From: an uncultured delta proteobacterium
GTDB taxonomy: Bacteria; Bdellovibrionota; FAC87; UBA2466
Assembly (NCBI GenBank): GCA_963778115.1
Contig: CAVZSV010000004.1
Span: forward strand, 352,001-416,000
Direction: 5' to 3'
Length of the DNA stretch: 64,000 nucleotides
In this document: positions 9,750 through 19,215 of the stretch, one piece after another
Layout of the letters: each line of letters starts with the position of its first letter
How positions within the stretch are numbered: position 1 is the stretch's first letter
Notes under the pieces: generated by a model
Told to the model about the DNA's origin: nothing
Databases searched by the model: none
What the model saw: only the letters and a program-made list of their open reading frames with translations
Program-made: the position numbers and the translations under genes

Positions 9750-9902
9750 ATGCTTTACCGCTGGTTCATCTTAGCCCTATTGGTTTTGGTTTCGGCCTGT
9801 GCCCAACAAGACATTCCCGCTTCGTTGGGCGGAAACGGTAATGGCTCTAATGGTGTGAATGGAACGCAGTCTGCCCCCTTAGTCATGTATCGCGGCAATT
9901 AG
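9750..9902 (+). CDS. Small 50-aa lipoprotein (below ORF-track cutoff)
   Basis: GGAGG RBS; MLYRWFILALLVLVSAC-AQQDIPASLGGNGNGSNGVNGTQSAPLVMYRGN. Confidence 0.75.
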   Translation: MLYRWFILALLVLVSACAQQDIPASLGGNGNGSNGVNGTQSAPLVMYRGN

Positions 9903-10032
9903 CCTCTTCCTATCCGCTCTTAACTTCCCTCATTATTGCAGTAGCTTGAGCAATGGGTTTCGCACCATATTGCATCGAACTGCATTGTCGTGTAATAGCC
10001 CCTCTTTAATCGACGACTTCTGCTGCGGGCAA

Positions 10033-11946
10033 ATGATGGTGGATAGGCTTTTTAGGATAGCGTTTCTTCTTCTGTTCCCTTCCTTTTTGATGGCGCGCAC
10101 CGCTGCGACACCGTCGCCGGAGCAAATAGCCTACGCCGAGCGATTCGCATCCTTCGTAGTGTCCATAGAAAACGAACATGCCAGCGAATTCTATGGCAGC
10201 GGTTGGATTACCCACGTCGATCATCAGAGAGCTTTTGTCGTCTTTCCCTTTCACATCCTTCCCAAAACGCTTGCCGGCATCGCTAAATTAAAAGCTACAA
10301 CGTTTCTGGCAGGTTCCCAGCCGATCCCCTTTCAATGGATAAACGCAGCCCCGGGATACGATCTTGCCATGGGAAGTTTTTCGATCGCCCTGCTATCGGC
10401 CAAGCAAAGAGAGACCCTTTCCGAAATACCGCAGATCTTAAGATCCCTAACGGTTGAAATCCCCAAACAAGCCTCTCAGCTTAAAACCGCTTTGGTAGGG
10501 GTTCCCGGTTATTGGTCGGACAATTCTCTGCCTAGGATCGCCTTTGTCGGAGGGAACAATCACAATGGCTTTAAGATAACCGACTTGAATGACAGTTGGG
10601 TCATCCCCTTTAACACGGGACACATTGCCATCGCGGATTTATCTTTCTCCGATTCTAGAACGAAGCTAACCGAACATTGCCCGCAACTTTTTGTGGAAAC
10701 CTGCATCGAAGCGCAACTCGCCGAAAATGGTTTTTCGGGAGGAGCGTTTCTAGTGAAAGGCCTTTCGGATCAACAAGAGGCAACGAATCTAGCAGGCATG
10801 GTGACTCACTTTTCTCCTTTAGCGATGGCCAACTATATTATTCCTGCTGCAACCGTGATTAAAGTCGCCGAGAGATTATTTAGCCACCCTAGCTCAGAGC
10901 CTAAGTTAGAGCCTAGGCTAGAGATCGACGAGCAAGAACGAGGGGGCCTTTTTCGCTTGGTTAGGAACGATACGGTACAAATACTCAAAGGGAGCTTGCA
11001 GGGAAAAGTGGTGACCGCAAGAGCGATGGAGTTAGCCCCGGGGGGAGGAGAGAGTTCCGGCGGCGGCGGAGAGAGCTCGGGGGGAGGAGGAGAGACCTTT
11101 GGCCCTTTCCGAAGAGATATCTATGGTAACTCCTCTGGATTGATTTCGTGGAGTAAACTTCAAAGCGCCATTCGTCATCCGGACCTTTGGAGTTCTCAAA
11201 GTAACGCCTTTCATCCGGTACTTACCAATATCTCTTTCCTTAATGGAATCCATTCCGTTTTAAGCTATTACCCTGGAGTCACTCTTGAGGGTAGGCCAGT
11301 AGATCGGTGGGGAGCCGAAGGCATTACCAACCTTTCTGACTTTTTAAGACGCTACCGAAAAACCCAAGTTTTTTTCGCCCCGCAGTCATCTTCGCCTCTC
11401 CCACTTCCCGAGCTCTTAGTGGCCCCTCAGGAGAATAATTTCGGGTTAACCACCGAGGTTTTATTGCACACGCTCGTCAGCCATAAACAGATGGTGGAAC
11501 TAGCCAAGCGAAGTCCCAATGAAGTCACTCTATCTGAAGCGGAACTCAAACTACTTCCCTTAGCTACTCCACAGGCGGATGTATTAGTGGCACGATCTGT
11601 TGACCAAAGTGGCATTTGTATTTCGGCTCACAAACTTGAAAAAATTCAAAACAGAATCTCTGTCACTTTCCAAACGTGCTCGAATAAGCATTCGTCTAAA
11701 CCGTTTCAATTTTTTCTTCCAGATCATATCGAAGAGTTGGGAGCCACGACACTACGTTTCATAGGCCTCATTGACAGTAATACCTATGGGCTAGCGGTGC
11801 TTCAGTTTGTACCCTACGACTTAACATACGAGCTAAAAGTCATTATGGTATCTTTGCTGGATCAAAAAGAAGCAAAGGCCGAAGCCGTCTTTTCCGATCG
11901 AGGCTATCGTATCGAGACTTTCTATCTTCCCTTTCGCCTGCCCTAA
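10033..11946 (+). CDS. Secreted trypsin-like serine protease with large C-terminal extension
   Basis: Signal peptide; FPFHIL (His), YDLAM (Asp), NGFSGGAF (Ser). Confidence 0.7.
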   Translation: MMVDRLFRIAFLLLFPSFLMARTAATPSPEQIAYAERFASFVVSIENEHASEFYGSGWITHVDHQRAFVVFPFHILPKTLAGIAKLKATTFLAGSQPIPFQWINAAPGYDLAMGSFSIALLSAKQRETLSEIPQILRSLTVEIPKQASQLKTALVGVPGYWSDNSLPRIAFVGGNNHNGFKITDLNDSWVIPFNTGHIAIADLSFSDSRTKLTEHCPQLFVETCIEAQLAENGFSGGAFLVKGLSDQQEATNLAGMVTHFSPLAMANYIIPAATVIKVAERLFSHPSSEPKLEPRLEIDEQERGGLFRLVRNDTVQILKGSLQGKVVTARAMELAPGGGESSGGGGESSGGGGETFGPFRRDIYGNSSGLISWSKLQSAIRHPDLWSSQSNAFHPVLTNISFLNGIHSVLSYYPGVTLEGRPVDRWGAEGITNLSDFLRRYRKTQVFFAPQSSSPLPLPELLVAPQENNFGLTTEVLLHTLVSHKQMVELAKRSPNEVTLSEAELKLLPLATPQADVLVARSVDQSGICISAHKLEKIQNRISVTFQTCSNKHSSKPFQFFLPDHIEELGATTLRFIGLIDSNTYGLAVLQFVPYDLTYELKVIMVSLLDQKEAKAEAVFSDRGYRIETFYLPFRLP

Positions 11947-11960
11947 GGGCAGAGAGGGGA

Positions 11961-11989
11961 CACAAGAAGGTAGGTCGTATCTTCTTGTA
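11961..11989. repeat. Dispersed imperfect palindrome, copy 2
   Basis: cacaagaaggtaggtcgtatcttcttgta. Confidence 0.6.
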
Positions 11990-12068
11990 GTTAATGCATG
12001 GCAACCTGCATGTGAGCCTCTTTAAACGCGGCGAGAAAGACCTCTTTGTTTACCTCTTCGAAACTTCC

Positions 12069-12355
12069 GAGCAAACGCTTCGCGTTTGCCTATCTCATAC
12101 CCGCTAATACAAAAGGGCTCCTCTCACGAGGAGCCCTTTTGTATTAGCGGGAAACGGGATTGTCCTACGTGGCCCCAAGGGCCACTGCGGACCGCCGGTG
12201 ATCGTCCACTACCAAGACTCGAGATAATCCAAGTTGCGTGTGGACGATCCCTTCTCATCCCGGAGCAAACGCTTCGCGTTTGCCTATCTCATACCCGCTA
12301 ATACAAAAGGGCTCCTCTCACGAGGAGCCCTTTTGTATTAGCGGGAAACGGGATT
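12069..12355. repeat. tRNA-Gly-linked direct repeat (two exact 93-bp copies, period 194)
   Basis: 12069..12161 = 12263..12355; each contains a perfect 24-bp hairpin and the last 16 nt of the tRNA. Confidence 0.92.
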
Positions 12356-12413
12356 CGAACCCGCGACCCTCAGCTTGGAAGGCTGATGCTCTAGCCAACT
12401 GAGCTATTCCCGC
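12340..12413 (-). tRNA. tRNA-Gly(TCC)
   Basis: GCGGGAATAGCTCAGTTGGCTAGAGCATCAGCCTTCCAAGCTGAGGGTCGCGGGTTCGAATCCCGTTTCCCGCT; CCA not encoded. Confidence 0.97.
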
Positions 12414-12488
12414 ATAGAGGAAATCGAGCAATTGTTACTTCTACTTAATGCTCCCCCGATTGGCAACCCTTTAGAAAGAAGGCCGACG

Positions 12489-13454
12489 CTATAGCAGAGG
12501 ATCTCGAGTCTGCGCCATAAGGTCCCCTCCCACCAGCCGTTTCACTTTAAACTTACCTATGAGTGCCGGCGCCAGAAAAATTAATTCGCTGCACACCGAA
12601 AAAAACCTGACCATCAAAGCCAACCAAATCGCTTCAGGCATCGAAAATTGTGTCGCCAATAAAGTAATGAATATTCCGTCCCTCACCCCTATTCCTGACG
12701 GAACCACTACCGCGGAGGCGCCCCCTAGGGCGGCGATAAAATTACAAGCGACCAGAAATCCCAGCTTATTCCAAGCGACGGTACCGCCCAAAATACTGAG
12801 CGACCATAGATAACAGAAAGCGTCAGAGATCCAGCAGAGTCCCAAGATGGCAAAAAGCGCACCGAGCAGTAAACCCGCGTTTACCTTTTCACACTCACCT
12901 AGCTCCAAATACTTGGCGCTAAACCTTCCCAAGATCCGAAACGGCCACCCCTGTTGAATCGCCACAAACCCCAACAACGCCAGCCCGATCCCCACCATAA
13001 GATAAATTTGGGGAACAGGAAAAAGAGTGGTCGCCTGAGGGATCGAAGCGATAAAGCCTGCGAGGCAGGAAAGAAACGTCAGCATCACTAAAGCGTAAGC
13101 CGCACTCCAACGGTTTTCTTCTTCTACCGTCGACTGATGGATTCCTACAAATTGCATCACTTTGCCCGCCGGTAAATATTTTGCGGCAAGAGCTACACAG
13201 AAAGCTCCATAACCTTCCGCCCAGGATATTTTTTTTCCCACTCGATTGACGATCCTCTCCCAACACACGAATTGAGTGAGAAGGCCCAACACATGAAGCG
13301 CCAGCCCGACTACAAAAAGCAGGGGGCGGACTCTGACTCGGTTCCAATCCATTTGGACAAATAACTGGTACCCTCGATAGCCCAGATACGCGATTGCGCA
13401 AACAATAAGTACAGCGCCGATGGCTTTGCGTAGAGCGGAGTGGGTTCCCTTCAT
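12489..13454 (-). CDS. Lysylphosphatidylglycerol synthase TM-region (flippase-like) membrane protein
   Basis: Multi-TM; AKYLPAGK, VPSGIGVRDG. Confidence 0.8.
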   Translation of the reverse strand: MKGTHSALRKAIGAVLIVCAIAYLGYRGYQLFVQMDWNRVRVRPLLFVVGLALHVLGLLTQFVCWERIVNRVGKKISWAEGYGAFCVALAAKYLPAGKVMQFVGIHQSTVEEENRWSAAYALVMLTFLSCLAGFIASIPQATTLFPVPQIYLMVGIGLALLGFVAIQQGWPFRILGRFSAKYLELGECEKVNAGLLLGALFAILGLCWISDAFCYLWSLSILGGTVAWNKLGFLVACNFIAALGGASAVVVPSGIGVRDGIFITLLATQFSMPEAIWLALMVRFFSVCSELIFLAPALIGKFKVKRLVGGDLMAQTRDPLL

Positions 13455-13598
13455 CGGGTTGAATTATAACCTAAATGTTCTTTACATACGTAGTTGCCTT
13501 TGCGCTTCGCATTTTCGATCTAGACAGAAGGGTGCCCAATTTCGGCTTTTTTCGGCTGTATTCTAAGTATACGAAAGCCTAAAAGAACCTGCTTTCCC

Positions 13599-13614
13599 TG
13601 GCACAGCCCTTGCT
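13599..13614 (+). promoter_or_regulatory. Sigma-54 promoter
   Basis: TGGCACAGCCCTTGCT, matches consensus TGGCAC-N5-TTGC(A/T). Confidence 0.75.
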
Positions 13615-13706
13615 CTTACCTAGTACGCGAAATCTAGCGTTTCTCTAGCGAACGCTACTGTTGTTGCGGATGCTGTGGCTAGAAGTTGTGGTTGTGGAGG
13701 CTGTGG

Positions 13707-14468
13707 ATGTTGAAGGGTCGTTGGTTACTTATTCTATTGTTGTCTTTCTCACTCGTTTACGTAGCTCCTCCTCAAAAAGAGGCTGACGCATTCATCTTCC
13801 GAGCCATTGGCGCCGCTATCCGCGGAGTTGCCATCGGAGTCGGTGCCGCGGTTCGCGGTGCTTTTCGCGCAGGCCGCTTCCTTCTTTTCGGTCGTCCTTA
13901 TTACTGGGGCTACTCGCCTTACTGGCGTTACGGTTATTACCCCCGATATATCTCTTATTATTATCCCGCTTATAGAAGTTACTATCCGATGTATGGATAT
14001 GCTGGCGCCGGTCAACTCAATCCGACCTGCTACCCGCAGACTTGCTGTGTAATGATGTGTTGTACCTTGGCTTGTCAACCTCATGGCCCCGCAAATCCAC
14101 CCGTTCACGGTCCTGTCCAGGGAGGAGGAGGAGTCGTTGCTGGTGGCGGTGGCGGATATCTCACGACAACCCGTCAACCTAACCAACCGGTACAGGCGCA
14201 ACAAACGCGCCCGAACCACCCCATAAATCCAACGCAGGATCGCAAAGCATGGTGTGCTGAACACCTGCCGACCACCGGTTGTGATACAACGCAGGTCCGT
14301 AATTCTTGTACGCTGAAGTACAACAATACGAACTATACTCAAGCGGGAAATAATGCATGTCTAGCGAAGGTGTATGCGGCTCGCGACGCTTGCTTTCTAG
14401 CCAAAGCAGATCCCGTGGCACTTCTTAAGATCCCTCAAGAGTGTACGCCTCAAGCTTATAGTTTCTAA
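13707..14468 (+). CDS. Secreted Tyr/Gly/Pro-rich and Cys-rich hypothetical protein
   Basis: GGAGG RBS, signal peptide, Y-rich tract, CCVMMCC, Cys-rich C-terminus. Confidence 0.75.
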   Translation: MLKGRWLLILLLSFSLVYVAPPQKEADAFIFRAIGAAIRGVAIGVGAAVRGAFRAGRFLLFGRPYYWGYSPYWRYGYYPRYISYYYPAYRSYYPMYGYAGAGQLNPTCYPQTCCVMMCCTLACQPHGPANPPVHGPVQGGGGVVAGGGGGYLTTTRQPNQPVQAQQTRPNHPINPTQDRKAWCAEHLPTTGCDTTQVRNSCTLKYNNTNYTQAGNNACLAKVYAARDACFLAKADPVALLKIPQECTPQAYSF

Positions 14469-14502
14469 AAAAAACGGGGACGTCGTAGCACGACGCCCCC
14501 GT
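14467..14502. terminator. Hairpin between convergent genes
   Basis: A8-cggggacgtcgt-agc-acgacgcccccgt. Confidence 0.65.
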
Positions 14503-14522
14503 CTCGTTTTCAAAAAGCCCTA

Positions 14523-15665
14523 CTAATATTTCGCGGCGTAGCTACTTTGCCACACTTTATCGAAGATATTGGAAAGTAACGTGGTCGTGTCCGTTGAATG
14601 CACGACAAAGCCCACATCGCGCGTGTGTAGGAAATAGTCTTGGCTCCAGTTCTCGGAACCCACCCACGAATCCGTATCATCCACTACGAGGTACTTGGCG
14701 TGAATGAGACGCGCATAGGGAATAGGCCCGCCGGAATATTGCGGGATGGTCACGGTTCTAACCTCGACGTTTTTCATTTTGGCTAGTGAGGTGAGATCCG
14801 CTTTTCCTTTTTTGACGTCGGAGATGTCTACCATGAGTTGGACCGTAATTCCGCGCTTGGCGGCTGCCACAAGGGCATCATTGAGAAATTTCCAAGGGGC
14901 GGATTTTTTTCCGTAAGTTTTGGTAGTGTACTCCATGACCTGGACGCGGATGGTTTTCTTGGCCGACTTCATCAGATCCAAGATCGCATCCCCCGTGTAA
15001 GTCATTCCCGATGGATTCGCCACGGCAGGTGATGCCACCACAGAAATGTCAGAGCTTCTCTCAGTAGCGTCGGCGGCCACGTCGGCCGTATTGGTCTGGG
15101 TACCTTTGGTGACAGTAACGCCCGCAGCCCAGTCTTTTTCGAAAATAGTATTTAAGCTACTGGCCATCGCGGTATCAGTGACCCTAAGTCCCACTTCGTG
15201 AATATGCTCCAATGCGCGCCAATCAAAATTTTGGCTTCCCACGAAACAGTCTTTGCCATCGACGACAAAGTATTTCGCATGTTGGATCCCGCCGTAGGAG
15301 GAGAAATCGATCGAACGAGATTCGGAGTTCACCGTACTTCCCAACTGTTTTACCGAATCGGGGTAGGTCTTTAAATACGTAGAATCGACTAAAAGACGCA
15401 CGCGAACGCCTCGAGTCGCCGCGGCTTGAATGGCAGCCAGCACTGGAGCCAAAGGCTGGCCCGCTTCATCGCTAACATAAAACTGTTCTAAATCGAGAGT
15501 AGACTGGGCCCCATTGATCATTTCGAGCCACACGGTTTGAGAATCCAAGACTCCGGGAACCGCCAGATCGGTCTCCAAAGGAACCGTCTGAACGACTTGA
15601 ATGGGCGGTAACGCCCACCCTGAATGACAAAATAGTGCCAGTAAAACTATTCCGAACCGTTTCAT
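14523..15665 (-). CDS. Secreted phospholipase D-family protein
   Basis: Two HKD motifs: HAKYFVVD, HAKYLVVD; signal peptide. Confidence 0.92.
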   Translation of the reverse strand: MKRFGIVLLALFCHSGWALPPIQVVQTVPLETDLAVPGVLDSQTVWLEMINGAQSTLDLEQFYVSDEAGQPLAPVLAAIQAAATRGVRVRLLVDSTYLKTYPDSVKQLGSTVNSESRSIDFSSYGGIQHAKYFVVDGKDCFVGSQNFDWRALEHIHEVGLRVTDTAMASSLNTIFEKDWAAGVTVTKGTQTNTADVAADATERSSDISVVASPAVANPSGMTYTGDAILDLMKSAKKTIRVQVMEYTTKTYGKKSAPWKFLNDALVAAAKRGITVQLMVDISDVKKGKADLTSLAKMKNVEVRTVTIPQYSGGPIPYARLIHAKYLVVDDTDSWVGSENWSQDYFLHTRDVGFVVHSTDTTTLLSNIFDKVWQSSYAAKY

Positions 15666-16052
15666 AAAATGCCCCCAAGCTATGTTTTTTTTAAACCTAG
15701 ATGACTTCTGCCCCCGAAGCGTCTTTCGTCCAACCTTCCCGGACCGAAGCGATCATCCATGGTTCTGGCACGGTTGCGGGCGACCTGTAATGGTTATCCG
15801 CGTTAGCCCAATACCGAGGGGCTCCCCGGGGATTCGGCTAACGGACCAAGGGTAAAAGGATCCCAAAAAAATGGCCAAAAGGGGGTAACGCTCCCGGGCA
15901 AGTCTAAGACCCACGTGAAAACAACACTTCCCCTTCCCCCAAATCCCCTGAAAGTTAGAAATAAAGTAGACACTTAGCCCTGCTTTAGCTAGAAATGTGA
16001 AACTGTTCCCAAAGGGCTTACTCGTGGTTATTAGGCCGGAACACAAGTTTTT

Positions 16053-16125
16053 GCCCATGTAGCTCAGTCGGTAGAGCACGTCCTTGGTAAGGACGAGGTC
16101 ACGGGTTCAAATCCCGTCGTGGGCT
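16053..16125 (+). tRNA. tRNA-Thr(GGT)
   Basis: GCCCATGTAGCTCAGTCGGTAGAGCACGTCCTTGGTAAGGACGAGGTCACGGGTTCAAATCCCGTCGTGGGCT; no CCA. Confidence 0.97.
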
Positions 16126-16198
16126 AATTGAAAGTCAGGTTTTCAGTCAGGCAGAAGGCATAAGACAGGTTAGAGACCAGTTCGGTTAAGGAGATCAA

Positions 16199-17389
16199 AT
16201 GTCGAAAGCAAAATTTGAGCGAACAAAACCCCATGTGAACGTAGGCACCATCGGTCACGTCGATCATGGCAAGACGACCCTCACTGCGGCTATCACCCAC
16301 GTCTTGGCAAAGAAGGGCTGGGCGGAAGCGAAGCGATACGATCAGATCGACAACGCTCCTGAAGAGAAAGAGCGCGGAATCACGATTGCGACTTCGCATC
16401 AGGAATACCAGAGTGAAAAGCGCCATTACGCGCATGTCGACTGTCCCGGCCACGCTGACTATGTGAAGAACATGATTACGGGTGCGGCCCAGATGGACGG
16501 CGCTATTTTGGTAGTGTCCGCTGCTGACGGTCCGATGCCTCAGACCCGAGAGCATATTTTGTTAGCCCGTCAGGTAGGAGTTCCCGCCATGGTGGTCTAC
16601 TTGAACAAAGTAGACATGGTGGATGACAAAGAGTTGTTAGATTTGGTGGAGCTCGAAGTTCGGGAATTGCTATCGAAGTACAAATTCCCCGGCGACGAGA
16701 TTCCGATTATTAAAGGAAGTGCCTTAAAGGCGTTGGAAGGCGATACGGGAGAGTTGGGCGAGCAGTCTATCTTTAAGCTAGTGGAGGCTTTAGATAGCTA
16801 CATTCCGCTTCCGGCACGTTCCAAAGACAAGCCGTTTCTCATGGCGATTGAAGACGTGTTCAGTATCCAAGGTCGCGGCACGGTAGTGACCGGCCGTATT
16901 GAGCGCGGAATCATCAAAGTGAACGACGAAATCGAGATCGTGGGAATTAAGCCCACGAAGAAGACGGTCGTCACAGGTGTGGAAATGTTCCGTAAGCTTC
17001 TCGATCAAGGAGAAGCGGGAGATAACGTAGGTATTTTGTTACGCGGTATCGATAAAGAAGATGTCGAGCGCGGACAGGTATTAGCGGCTGCGGGAACCGT
17101 GACCCCACACAAAAAGGCCAAGACGGAAGCTTATATTTTGACGAAGGAAGAGGGCGGCCGGCATACCCCGTTTTTCACGGGATATCGTCCGCAGTTTTAC
17201 TTCCGAACGACGGACGTAACGGGAGTTGCCACTTTACCTAAAGGGGTAGAGATGGTGATGCCCGGTGATAACGTCCAGTTGGAAATTGAGTTGATTACCC
17301 CCATCGCCATGGAAAAAGAGGTCCGGTTTGCTATCCGTGAAGGCGGCCGAACGGTGGGTGCAGGAGTTATTACGGAGATAGTGGAGTAA
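16199..17389 (+). CDS. tuf: Elongation factor Tu
   Basis: [36 protein letters not shown]. Confidence 0.99.
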   Translation: MSKAKFERTKPHVNVGTIGHVDHGKTTLTAAITHVLAKKGWAEAKRYDQIDNAPEEKERGITIATSHQEYQSEKRHYAHVDCPGHADYVKNMITGAAQMDGAILVVSAADGPMPQTREHILLARQVGVPAMVVYLNKVDMVDDKELLDLVELEVRELLSKYKFPGDEIPIIKGSALKALEGDTGELGEQSIFKLVEALDSYIPLPARSKDKPFLMAIEDVFSIQGRGTVVTGRIERGIIKVNDEIEIVGIKPTKKTVVTGVEMFRKLLDQGEAGDNVGILLRGIDKEDVERGQVLAAAGTVTPHKKAKTEAYILTKEEGGRHTPFFTGYRPQFYFRTTDVTGVATLPKGVEMVMPGDNVQLEIELITPIAMEKEVRFAIREGGRTVGAGVITEIVE

Positions 17390-17391
17390 AA

Positions 17392-17541
17392 ATGCAGACG
17401 ATCATTAATATGGAATGTACCGAGTGCCGGCGACGTAACTACGCAACCACCAAGAATAAGAGCAAGCACTCCGAAAGAATTGAAATCGCAAAGTACTGCC
17501 GACATTGCCGTCGCCACACCAAACACAAAGAAGTGAAATAA
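17392..17541 (+). CDS. rpmG: 50S ribosomal protein L33 (Zn-binding C+ form)
   Basis: MQTIINMECTECRRRNYATTKNK...KYCRHCRRHTKHKEVK. Confidence 0.97.
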   Translation: MQTIINMECTECRRRNYATTKNKSKHSERIEIAKYCRHCRRHTKHKEVK

Positions 17542-17574
17542 CGCTTCTTGAAGCATGGTATGACTCCGGCCCCT

Positions 17575-17647
17575 AGGGCAGTAGCTCCAACGGTAGAGCA
17601 ACGGATTCCAAATCCGTGGGTTGTGGGTTCAAATCCCTCCTGCCCTG
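17575..17647 (+). tRNA. tRNA-Trp(CCA)
   Basis: AGGGCAG/CTGCCCT acceptor stem, loop TTCCAAA, one U-U mismatch in the T-stem; no CCA tail. Confidence 0.95.
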
Positions 17648-17899
17648 TTCGTTTCGCCTGCGGCGAAATGAAAATTAATTATTAAGATTAATCTTAACTC
17701 TGCTTTTTACCAAAGACCCACCAGAGAACCACGAAGAACCCTACTTCCCCCAAAAACAAAGTGCTACTCGCTTCCCATTAATTTGCCACCTATTCCAGAT
17801 GAATTGGAGACCCTTGGCAAGAGTAACCACAAATCTCAAGATTAATCGTAAGCCACTACGGTAAAGGTAGCTTTACTAAAATCTAGCTTTACACGGAGA

Positions 17900-19072
17900 T
17901 TAACCGTCACTTCGCTGACACACAGCCTCTTCCGATACTTTCGTAACACCAAACGAAACGGCCTGAACCTTCTTCTTAACGCAAAATAAACCGTCGAGAC
18001 AGGGGTGAGCTTGGCAACTACGTCCCAGTGTCGCTCTTTGCATGCAATCGCGATAAACGGCTTGTTTCCCCGACGGATTTTTCTCCGTACGGATCGCACA
18101 AGCCCCTACGGTTCCCCACATGGTCATTCCTCGATCACAATCCGAACTCACTTGGCAGCTCGCCCGACCGGCCCCTAGCTTATAGGCCATCTGCTCCGCC
18201 ATGCTATTGGCCTCTTTCATGAAATCATCCATCCGTTTTCCTTCGACTCCCCCCTCGGTACAGCGTCGGCACTGCTCCGTCAGGTCGTCCATTTTTGCGG
18301 GTGTGGGAACCTTATTCGCATCCCTTTGCAAGGTAACCCGGAAAGAGCATTTTTTCCCGTCCTCTCCTCTAGTAAACAGCTTTCCCCGCTTGGTCGTTTG
18401 AGACCCACCAGTTCCCATGAAGCTAACTCCTTCATAGTGACTGGTCAGAACTTCCACGGATGCCGTGAGATTGCAGGAAAAAAAACCGTTCGTTACGACT
18501 TTGTCGCCTAAGCAGACCGGACCATTGTTCTCGGGCTCGGAACTGACAAAAAGGACATCCATCTTTCGATTCTGTTCAGTGTCGACCGAGAACTTAACCC
18601 CTCCTTCGACAATTCCGGCGGAACCTACATTTACGTGAGCCGCCGTTTGATACGACTTGGAATCCTGCACTAAGCAGTAGTCGGCTCCTTGGGTTTGCAC
18701 CCCGGTTCCCGTCGGAAGACGCTCAAACTTTTTCGACATTGGATTAGACAACTGTCTAGACTTCGGCCTATTGGCATTGCTAATCATCTGCTCTCGAACC
18801 GCCGTTACGTTTACCCTATCCATTCCGGGAAGTAGCTCAAAGGAAGGGGCCGCATCGGAATCTTGGGAACGTCCAGTGACATTGGTCTTAGCGTGAGGAC
18901 CGACCTTTTTTAGAGGAAGGGTTTCCAGTCTAATACCCGGAGCACTTCCATCGGAAGTAGGAAGGTCTAATTTACGACTATTAGGCTCGTCTGCTTCATC
19001 GGATAATGCCGTCGCACAACAGAGGATTAGTACGCCAAGTAAAGCGATAGACCGAAAACGGTTTGCCAACAT
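17900..19072 (-). CDS. Secreted Cys-rich hypothetical protein
   Basis: Signal peptide; many paired Cys, Cys-dense C-terminus. Confidence 0.75.
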   Translation of the reverse strand: MLANRFRSIALLGVLILCCATALSDEADEPNSRKLDLPTSDGSAPGIRLETLPLKKVGPHAKTNVTGRSQDSDAAPSFELLPGMDRVNVTAVREQMISNANRPKSRQLSNPMSKKFERLPTGTGVQTQGADYCLVQDSKSYQTAAHVNVGSAGIVEGGVKFSVDTEQNRKMDVLFVSSEPENNGPVCLGDKVVTNGFFSCNLTASVEVLTSHYEGVSFMGTGGSQTTKRGKLFTRGEDGKKCSFRVTLQRDANKVPTPAKMDDLTEQCRRCTEGGVEGKRMDDFMKEANSMAEQMAYKLGAGRASCQVSSDCDRGMTMWGTVGACAIRTEKNPSGKQAVYRDCMQRATLGRSCQAHPCLDGLFCVKKKVQAVSFGVTKVSEEAVCQRSDG

Positions 19073-19215
19073 AGATTTCCTCGTCAGTGGGTTAGAGAAT
19101 ATTCATTATAGTTCTTATTCCGGCATAAATCAGCCGAATGACGTGGAGAACGAGGGTGTAACCTATCTAGCAGTGCATTAAAACGGACAGCGAAATTTGC
19201 TTACCAACTTGAGAT

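Noticed and set aside
11991..12068. Minus-strand coding-like remnant (SFEEVNKEVFLAAFKEAHMQVAMH)
   Set aside because: Too short to assign; no start or recognisable family
12069..12355. CRISPR array or prophage attL/attR
   Set aside because: Only two 93-bp copies 194 bp apart; no cas or integrase genes in the window
15766..15778. TGGCACGGTTGC as a sigma-54 promoter
   Set aside because: GG-GC spacing is too short
15666..16052. Possible ncRNA between the PLD gene and tRNA-Thr (gttagcc...ggctaac stem)
   Set aside because: A single imperfect stem, no recognisable RNA family
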